From a virus, in IMG/VR virus record IMGVR_UViG_3300035390_000009, positions 6,318-70,317 of that record: a stretch of 64,000 nt of DNA; one strand, 5' to 3'. Below, one piece after another: positions 56,543 through 64,000 of this stretch (its first letter is position 1; every line of letters begins with the position of its first letter). Position numbers and translations under genes: made by a program. Under the pieces are notes generated by a model. That model was not told the DNA's origin. It searched no databases and worked only from the letters and a program-made list of their open reading frames with translations.

Positions 56543-59500
56543 ATGAGTGATATAGTTTTTATAAATAGGGCAGATGTAAAATGGAATGATTCATATGAAT
56601 CTTATTTTATTAATTCTAATGTAAGTGGTGATACTTTAAGTGGTGCATCACTTATATTAGGATCAAGCGAAGTATTAGCAGGAAAATCTTTTTCAGTAAC
56701 ATCTGCAATTTCAATATTATCATTAGGGCTTGTAGAGATTTTAGCGTCTACTATTCCTACAACTTCTATCAGTGAAAATATTGAATTGTTTATAGGTGTA
56801 GCAGAAGAAATTTCATCTGGAACTATTATAGGAACAGTAGTTGATTCATTTTTAACAATGGGTTTAGCGGAAGGTGTTTCATCTACTAGTTCATGTCAAG
56901 TTATTATAACATCTAATTTAGATCTTGGTGTCGTTGAATTATTAGGTAGCTCAACATCTGTTGTTTCAAATACTGCATCTGAAATGACTATGGGTGCTGT
57001 TGAATTAGTAACTAGTAACATTCATGTTAATAGTACTACCACTACACCTCAATTATCGTCTGGTCGAATAGAACATTTAGTAGGATCAACATCTATAATT
57101 GAGAGCATAGTTTCTGGATTTATAATTCTTGGTACAGAAGAAGTTGTATTTGCTAGTTTTAATATAGATTCAAATGTCGATGCAGAATTAACTTTAGGAG
57201 TTGAAGTACCTTTATTCGCCACAGTTAACTTACAATCATTTGGCGAAGCTTTAATTACTATTGGTATATCAGAATTATTAGCTGTTTCATCTATTTCAAT
57301 AAGTTTAGCGACAGGATTATCAATTGATCTTGGTCAAGATGAACCATTAGATTCAACTACTTTAATTAATTCTATTACATCTGCTGAATTAATCCTTGGT
57401 CAATCTGAAATATTAAGCTCAAGCATTGATATAACAAATGATGTTGATAGTTTACTTACCCTTGGTGTTCATGTAATACTTGGTAGTATTATACCCACAA
57501 CATCTATTGTAGAACCAGAACTTACAATAGGACATATAGAACCTTTAGAATCAACATCATCAGTTGTATCATCAATTAGTTCATTCTTAATACTTGGTTT
57601 AACTGAACCATTATCCTCTGCAATACACCTACAAAGTTTTATAAGACAAGGTGGTGAATGGTCTAATCTTATAATTGGGCATACTGAGTTATTAACTCAT
57701 ACAGTTAATATTATATCTAGTATTGATCTAACTACTCTTGACTTGGGTGGTGGTATAGAAGAATTATCTCATACTAATATTATACCAGAAGATGTAATAT
57801 TCAGGAATACCCAAGATGTTCATTGGTATATTCCATACAATAATTATTTGGCTCAGTCTAATACATTTGTTGAGTTGACTTTAGGTCATGTTGAATTATT
57901 AGCAACATCTATTGCATATGCATCTGTATCTAATATTGCTGAATTAGAGATTGGAATAGATGAACCATTATCAGCTACAAATGATATAGAAACTGCTGCT
58001 AGTGCATTTATATTAATGGGAACAACTGAACAATTATCAGCTTCTATTAACACAGAGGTTATTCAAAATTCTTTATTAGTTATTGGTCAAATTGAATTAT
58101 TATCAAGTACTGTATTGTCTATTTCTATTACTGACTCTGATTTATTAATTGGTAATAGTGAAATTCAAACAGCAACTGCTTTAGCTCAATCTAATACATA
58201 TGCTGTATTATTAACAGGTTCTGATGAAAGCTTGAGTGGTTCTCTTAGTTTCTCTTCTAATGTGGAAGGAATTTTCTCATTTGGTATTATTGAATTTCTA
58301 TCTTCTTCATCATTAAATTTAAGTGTAGTTGATGTTGATTTAGAGATAGGAATAACAGAACCATTAGAATCTACAGATTTAATTCATACTTCATCTATTT
58401 CTGTTTTAACATTAGGTGTTGCTGAAATTTTAAGAGTTACTTCAAGTGTAATATCAACAACATCTAATTCAAACTTAACATTAGGTATTGTTGAATCTTT
58501 GAATGTTAATCAATTAATTAACTCCAATGCTTCTGCTATATTATCAACTGGTTTTTCTGAGGAACTATCAGCAACCATACTTATAAGTAGTAATATTCTT
58601 AATGATTTAACCATAGGTCATACTGAAATATTATTATCAACAGCTACTTCTATAAGTTCTGCTTTTAGTGGTCTCTTACTTACTGGTGAATTAGAAATAT
58701 TAGCTTCTTCAACATTTAGTGTTTCTATAACTGAATCTGAATTATCATTAGGGGTTTTAGAACCATTAACATCAACTATAGAGATAGAATCTCAAACTAG
58801 TGGCTTTATTATTAAAGGTGCAATTGAATCTATAAGTAGTTCTATTGATGTTCAAAGTTATATTAGAAAAGGTGGTAGATATAGTGAATTAACTCTTGGA
58901 ATAATTGAGGTATTAGAATATACAAAAACAATTGAAACAACTGTTTTAGAAACTGATTTAATTCTTGGTTCTGATGAATCTTTATCATTTACATATTATT
59001 TTATGGGTAGTTCTGAGGCAGATGCTTTATTGACTACAGGTAAGATTGAAATATTGGGTTCATCATCTATTAGTCAAACAGTAGTAGCAACAAATTTGAC
59101 TATTGGTCATGTTGAGGAATTAAGTGGGTTAACTATTTCTATTGTTAAGGTTGAGCCTATATTAACCTTAGGTGTTTCAGAAGAATTATCATCATCTATT
59201 GATATAGTGAGCGTTGTTGATGCTGATATTATAATAGGTGTCTTAGAGTTGTTAGCGTCTACAATTGCTACAACATCTAAAGTTACACTTGATATGGTTC
59301 TTGGTCTTGATGAACCATTATCAACTGGAGCTATTGTAGTAAGTAATGTTAATACATTTTTATTACTTGGTAGAGCAGAACAATTAGATGCCTCAATTCA
59401 TATCACTACTTCTATTTTGACTGATGTATACTTAGGAGTTGGCGAGCAATTATCAACACCAATAGATATTACATCTAATGTAAGTCTTCCAAATCTTGAG

Positions 59501-62500
59501 ATAGGTATTGTTGAATTATTAACTGGTAATCCATCTCTATCTGTAGATATTACAGCAGTATTAGGTTTAGGTATATTAGAAGTAGTAGCAGCAACATCTA
59601 TAACACAATCTAATTTGCCTGGAGATTTAACTTTAGGTGTGTCTGAACCATTAGAAGTTAATAATTTAATTCAATCAACTGTTAATGCTGACTTAGAGTT
59701 AGGTGCCGCTACACCATTATCAGCAACTACTAATATTATATCTTATAGTATAAGTTTATTGACTGTTGGTAAGGCAGAGTTACTTGCTTCATCAAATTTT
59801 TCTATATCAATAACAGATGCCACAATAACATTGGGTATTGATGAACCTCTATCTCACACAAGTGTAATAGAAACATCATCAGATGCCAACATTACAATGG
59901 GTATTGACACACCTCTATCTAACAGTACCACTTTATCAAGTCTTGTTGGTACTGGCAATTTAGTAGTTGGTGCATCTGAGTTATTAGCTTCAACAAATTT
60001 CTCTATATCAATAACAGATGCCACAATATCATTTGGATCTGATGAACCATTATCAAGTTCAATTTTAGTACAAAGTTATACTAATGATGGTCCTTTAATT
60101 ATAGGTATAGATGAACTATTAGCTTCTGCTAATGCATCGGTTACTAGGTTCCCACCAGCTGAGTTAGATCTTGGTGCTCCTGAACCTCTTACATCTACAG
60201 CTATTGTTCAAGCATATGTTGCAGATGTATTAGATCTTGGTATATATGAACCATTATCAAGTACTATTTCTATTAGTCATTTAGTTGAAAATACTATTGA
60301 TATAGTTATTGGTGGTCCTGTACCAGTTGATGCGACAATTGAAATTGAATCTAAAGCTTATGGGTCTTGGTTATATGTACCAGGTAATTTAGAAGAATTA
60401 GAATCTACTATCAACATTATATCTAACATTCAACCTAATTTAATTACTGATAATGAATTATTAGAATCTACTGATAATATTATAACAACAGCCTATGGTA
60501 GTGCATTAAGTATTGGAGTTATAGAAATTGTAGCTGGTACTAACTTTGCTATATCAGTTACAGGATCTGAGTTAAAACTTGGTGTTTCTAGCATACTTGA
60601 TTCAAGAACTAATGAAATTGTTAGTAATATATATAATACTGAATTAACACTTGGTAGAAATGAACCTTTAGATGGGGTAATTGTAGTTGAAATTATATCT
60701 AATATTTATGCTGATTTAGTTATCGGTGTAGTTGAATTGTTATCAAATTCAGTATTTAGTATTTCAATTATAGATGCAGATTTATTAATTGGTAGAGTAG
60801 AAATATTATCTGCAACAATTAATAGCACAAGTAAGACTAAAGCTTTCTTAGGAATTCCTGGTGTATTAGAAACATTAGAAGTAACAGATAATGTAATTTC
60901 AAATGTATCTACTACTGGATTGGTTATTGGTAATGTTGAAGTAAATGGTAGTGTTTCTAATATTATTTCATTTGCAATAGCAGATCTTAGACTTGGTGAT
61001 AGTACAGATTTAAGTGGTCGTGTACATATCCCATCTTTTATATATACTAAACAAGATTTAATGTTTGGTGTTATAGAAGAATTATCTGGAGAAACTAGTA
61101 CCATATCTAATATAATTGGTTCTATTGATAGTCCATGTATACTTGAAAGTACTGTTATTATATCATCATATGTAACTGTTGACACATTTATATTTGGACA
61201 AGATGAAGATCTTAGTTCTTCAATTGATATAACAACAGAATCTGATGCATTAATGGTAACTGGTGATCTTACAGAATTATCTGGACATATTCAACTTGCT
61301 AAATCATTTGCCTTAGGTTATCTTACTAACCCAACTATATACTTAAATTCAGACAAATATTCTGCATGGAATAAACCAACATCATATGTTAGAGCTAGTT
61401 TTATTGATATAGATGGTATTATTGAAGTTGATACTAATATTGGTATAGTTTCTATTGTTGGTGATGTTGAAATAACAATGGGTCTTCCAGATGAATTAAA
61501 TGGTACAGCCACAATAGAATCATTGATAAATAATGCTGAGTTATTCATTGGACATACAGAATTAGTTGCAACTACAAACTTTTCTATCTCTATAACTGAT
61601 GCCTATTTAACACATCCTGTAATTTATGTATCTTCAAATATAAACATTCAATCTAATGTATTAGATACTGTAGTTACTGGACCAGAACATCTTTATGGTT
61701 CATCTTTTATAGTTAGTATTGTTGATGGTAATATTGTTGATGGTAGAGTTGAATTAGTTTCAGCTCATGAAAGTATAATTAGTAATATCAATGTTGAATT
61801 AACGATTGGTATTATAGAAGAATTAAGCTCTAGAATTAATTCAATTACTTCTATATCTATACCAGAAATAATTTACAATGTATACTTAGAATCAGATGAA
61901 ACATCTCTATGGAATAAAGTTATATCAAATGTAACTGATTCATATCTAAGAGTTCTTTCTGGATATTATACATCATTATGTACAGTCAATACACAGGGAC
62001 TCCCAAAAGTTCTAACATTAGGTATTGTTGAAGAGTTAGACACAACTATTTTAGCTGAATCTAATGTTGTTGCTGAATTAACAACAGGTTATGCTACTCA
62101 TTTATCTTCAACTATTTTATTTAGATCTAATTCTAATGCAGTAATTACTAGATCAGATTATATTGGTTCTTCTCACTCAGAAACTGAATCATGGGCAGTT
62201 CTAACATTAGGTGTTGCTGAGCACTTTGAAAGTGGTTCAATTAATATACAATCTAATATTAGTAATGACGGTTTAATAATTGGTGCAATTGATCTATATG
62301 TTGACTACAATATTATTTCAAATGTTGATTCTGAATTAGATTTACAATATGCAATAAAAAGTACTGCGACTATTCAATCATTAGTTGATGTAGAACTATC
62401 AGTTGGTACAGTTACATCTTTAGAACATTCATCAGTTATTACTACTAATGTATCTAATTCTGAATTAGAGATGGGAGCTCTTGTATCATTAACAGCAGAT

Positions 62501-64000
62501 TTATTTGTTGAATCTCATGTTGATGGTTTTATCTATACTGGAATGGAATATGGTATTAGATCAGATATTCATATACAAAGTTTAGTTAATGAATCCGAAT
62601 TATTTATTGGAGATGCAGCATCATTATTTGGACAGGCTAATGCTCAATCATTAATTATAACACCATATATGTTTAGAGGAAGATTTGAAAGTCTATCTGC
62701 TTCTAATGTTGTAATTACTTCTTATGCTGGTTTAGATATTATAATTGGTGTTGTTGAATTACTAACAAGCATTATTGCAACACATTCAGTTACAGATGCT
62801 GAGTTAACTATTGGTATTGAAACTGATCTTACCGCAACATCTATTATAGAGTCAGCTTCAAGTGGACATATAATAATAGGAACCACTGAGATACTGTCAT
62901 CAACGGGTCTAATTACTTCTTATACTGGTTTAAGCGATGAACTATATATAAGTATTGCTATTGATGGAACGATAGTAAATACCTCATATACACCAGTTGC
63001 TGATGTTGTTATTGGAACACAAGAATCTATATCAGCAAGTATTGTTATAGGATCATCTGCTAATGTTGAATATATTGATGGAGCTATTGAACCTCTATTT
63101 GCTACTGTATCACTTACTACTAATGCCGGTTGTATTATAGATGTTGGTTTAGCTACAGCCTTAGCTGGATCAGCTATTTTTAGTATTAATATTTATGACA
63201 TAGATTGTTGGGGAATTGTTGAGGTATTAACAAGTTCTATTAATATTAAAACAAAGTCTGATACATTCTTGAACTTAGGTGTTGCTAATCAATTAGCAAG
63301 CTCAGTTAATATTGTTCAAACTACTACATCATCTGATTTAATTATTGGTTTAGTAGAAGTATTATCAGCTACAACTACTCCTTGGGTTGAGTCTAATTCG
63401 GATACATTATGGTTGGACATAGAGCATAGAGCAAGTGCTATTAGTCAGTCTATCATACCAGATGTTAGTATAACAATGGGTCATCTTGATAACTCGGTAT
63501 CAAGTTCAGTTGTTATTAGTACTGAATGTACAATTGATCCAATGTATTTTGGTGAAGATGAAATCCTATCAGCTAAATCATTTACTAAGGTTAATGTTGC
63601 AATTGAATTAACTCTTGGTGTTAGTAATGAATATCTTGAATCTTCAATTGAATGTAGTACTGTTATTGGTACTGCCACTGAATTAGAAAGTGAAACAATT
63701 GATAGACTTAATAGAAGAATTACTGCTGATTTACAATATTGGTATGATCATTTCGTTGTAAATAACAAATCATTAAACTTACATCAAATAGGTTTTCCAT
63801 CAAGAGATCATGTTTATGAACAATCATTTATAGAGTTATTATTTAATGATGAATATGATAAAACAAGCTATAGATATATGTATAGAGAAATTTTAGATAA
63901 ATCATCATGGCCAGATGCTATTAGACAAAGAATGATGTTAGATCCTGAAACTGCTCACTATTATATAGCAGATGGAGATAATCCAAAAGAATATAATATA
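56543..64000 (+). CDS. Second giant repeat protein, over 2486 aa, 3'-truncated by the window (absent from track)
   Basis: ATG 56543 MSDIVFINRADVKWNDSYESY matches MADIIFINRSSVKWNDTYDSY of 50145; in frame at all spot checks (57.6, 58.9, 61.3, 61.8, 63.9 kb) and open at the window end (...IADGDNPKEYNI). Confidence 0.88.
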   Translation, partial: MSDIVFINRADVKWNDSYESYFINSNVSGDTLSGASLILGSSEVLAGKSFSVTSAISILSLGLVEILASTIPTTSISENIELFIGVAEEISSGTIIGTVVDSFLTMGLAEGVSSTSSCQVIITSNLDLGVVELLGSSTSVVSNTASEMTMGAVELVTSNIHVNSTTTTPQLSSGRIEHLVGSTSIIESIVSGFIILGTEEVVFASFNIDSNVDAELTLGVEVPLFATVNLQSFGEALITIGISELLAVSSISISLATGLSIDLGQDEPLDSTTLINSITSAELILGQSEILSSSIDITNDVDSLLTLGVHVILGSIIPTTSIVEPELTIGHIEPLESTSSVVSSISSFLILGLTEPLSSAIHLQSFIRQGGEWSNLIIGHTELLTHTVNIISSIDLTTLDLGGGIEELSHTNIIPEDVIFRNTQDVHWYIPYNNYLAQSNTFVELTLGHVELLATSIAYASVSNIAELEIGIDEPLSATNDIETAASAFILMGTTEQLSASINTEVIQNSLLVIGQIELLSSTVLSISITDSDLLIGNSEIQTATALAQSNTYAVLLTGSDESLSGSLSFSSNVEGIFSFGIIEFLSSSSLNLSVVDVDLEIGITEPLESTDLIHTSSISVLTLGVAEILRVTSSVISTTSNSNLTLGIVESLNVNQLINSNASAILSTGFSEELSATILISSNILNDLTIGHTEILLSTATSISSAFSGLLLTGELEILASSTFSVSITESELSLGVLEPLTSTIEIESQTSGFIIKGAIESISSSIDVQSYIRKGGRYSELTLGIIEVLEYTKTIETTVLETDLILGSDESLSFTYYFMGSSEADALLTTGKIEILGSSSISQTVVATNLTIGHVEELSGLTISIVKVEPILTLGVSEELSSSIDIVSVVDADIIIGVLELLASTIATTSKVTLDMVLGLDEPLSTGAIVVSNVNTFLLLGRAEQLDASIHITTSILTDVYLGVGEQLSTPIDITSNVSLPNLEIGIVELLTGNPSLSVDITAVLGLGILEVVAATSITQSNLPGDLTLGVSEPLEVNNLIQSTVNADLELGAATPLSATTNIISYSISLLTVGKAELLASSNFSISITDATITLGIDEPLSHTSVIETSSDANITMGIDTPLSNSTTLSSLVGTGNLVVGASELLASTNFSISITDATISFGSDEPLSSSILVQSYTNDGPLIIGIDELLASANASVTRFPPAELDLGAPEPLTSTAIVQAYVADVLDLGIYEPLSSTISISHLVENTIDIVIGGPVPVDATIEIESKAYGSWLYVPGNLEELESTINIISNIQPNLITDNELLESTDNIITTAYGSALSIGVIEIVAGTNFAISVTGSELKLGVSSILDSRTNEIVSNIYNTELTLGRNEPLDGVIVVEIISNIYADLVIGVVELLSNSVFSISIIDADLLIGRVEILSATINSTSKTKAFLGIPGVLETLEVTDNVISNVSTTGLVIGNVEVNGSVSNIISFAIADLRLGDSTDLSGRVHIPSFIYTKQDLMFGVIEELSGETSTISNIIGSIDSPCILESTVIISSYVTVDTFIFGQDEDLSSSIDITTESDALMVTGDLTELSGHIQLAKSFALGYLTNPTIYLNSDKYSAWNKPTSYVRASFIDIDGIIEVDTNIGIVSIVGDVEITMGLPDELNGTATIESLINNAELFIGHTELVATTNFSISITDAYLTHPVIYVSSNINIQSNVLDTVVTGPEHLYGSSFIVSIVDGNIVDGRVELVSAHESIISNINVELTIGIIEELSSRINSITSISIPEIIYNVYLESDETSLWNKVISNVTDSYLRVLSGYYTSLCTVNTQGLPKVLTLGIVEELDTTILAESNVVAELTTGYATHLSSTILFRSNSNAVITRSDYIGSSHSETESWAVLTLGVAEHFESGSINIQSNISNDGLIIGAIDLYVDYNIISNVDSELDLQYAIKSTATIQSLVDVELSVGTVTSLEHSSVITTNVSNSELEMGALVSLTADLFVESHVDGFIYTGMEYGIRSDIHIQSLVNESELFIGDAASLFGQANAQSLIITPYMFRGRFESLSASNVVITSYAGLDIIIGVVELLTSIIATHSVTDAELTIGIETDLTATSIIESASSGHIIIGTTEILSSTGLITSYTGLSDELYISIAIDGTIVNTSYTPVADVVIGTQESISASIVIGSSANVEYIDGAIEPLFATVSLTTNAGCIIDVGLATALAGSAIFSINIYDIDCWGIVEVLTSSINIKTKSDTFLNLGVANQLASSVNIVQTTTSSDLIIGLVEVLSATTTPWVESNSDTLWLDIEHRASAISQSIIPDVSITMGHLDNSVSSSVVISTECTIDPMYFGEDEILSAKSFTKVNVAIELTLGVSNEYLESSIECSTVIGTATELESETIDRLNRRITADLQYWYDHFVVNNKSLNLHQIGFPSRDHVYEQSFIELLFNDEYDKTSYRYMYREILDKSSWPDAIRQRMMLDPETAHYYIADGDNPKEYNI

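Noticed and set aside
50249-63678. Minus-strand ORFs inside the giant genes (50249, 51080, 54803, 56018, 60706, 61318, 63481)
   Set aside because: Antisense shadows of a codon-biased repeat gene; no SDs or recognisable motifs.
50145-64000. Diversity-generating retroelement acting on the fibre genes
   Set aside because: No reverse transcriptase in the window, and the internal near-repeats are in-frame coding duplications without an evident adenine-specific mismatch pattern or a non-coding template copy.
1-64000. tRNA, rRNA, self-splicing intron or intein
   Set aside because: No T-loop/cloverleaf, rRNA-like GC-rich stretch, split gene or intein termini seen by eye; tRNAscan-SE and Infernal would be needed to exclude them formally.
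1-64000. Stop-codon reassignment
   Set aside because: Standard code gives dense, overlapping, full-length genes ending in TAA, TAG and TGA.
1-64000. Archaeal extrachromosomal element (Borg-like) instead of a phage
   Set aside because: Tandem repeats and glycosylation genes would fit, but the peptidoglycan-type M15 peptidase, holin-like proteins, tail-fibre domains and frequent strand switching favour a bacteriophage.

Overview
AT-rich 64 kb segment that most likely comes from a large (jumbo-type) tailed bacteriophage. This is inferred from tail-fibre-like genes, an M15 endolysin-like peptidase, a free-standing GIY-YIG endonuclease, arrays of tiny ORFs and bacterial SD motifs; no capsid, portal, terminase or polymerase gene lies in the window. 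Layout: (1) 1-11.8 kb, a tightly coupled enzyme operon with six radical SAM enzymes (one B12-dependent), four paralogous glycosyltransferase-like proteins, two sulfotransferases and a polysaccharide deacetylase, with a partly decayed tandem duplication inside it; (2) 12-25 kb, papain-like protease, APS kinase, endolysin/holin-like pair, receiver-PAS protein and domain-shuffled collagen/fibre structural genes; (3) 25-40 kb, small accessory ORFs on both strands, an array of membrane-anchored coiled-coil proteins, and a ~2.4 kb gene-poor region with strand-skew switches, tandem repeats and palindromes; (4) 41-45 kb, OMP-like protein, mini-MscS, HAD, metacaspase, HD and macrodomain genes; (5) 45-64 kb, tail-fibre genes and two giant paralogous proteins built from a 22-23 aa repeat. 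The second giant gene (56543 to beyond 64000) is missing from the supplied ORF track. Two recurrent intergenic motifs (TAGAACAwAwwwwAAA and CTATATATATTAwTwA) are candidate phage promoters. I found no tRNA, rRNA or CRISPR array by eye. All family assignments rest on motif recognition, not database searches.
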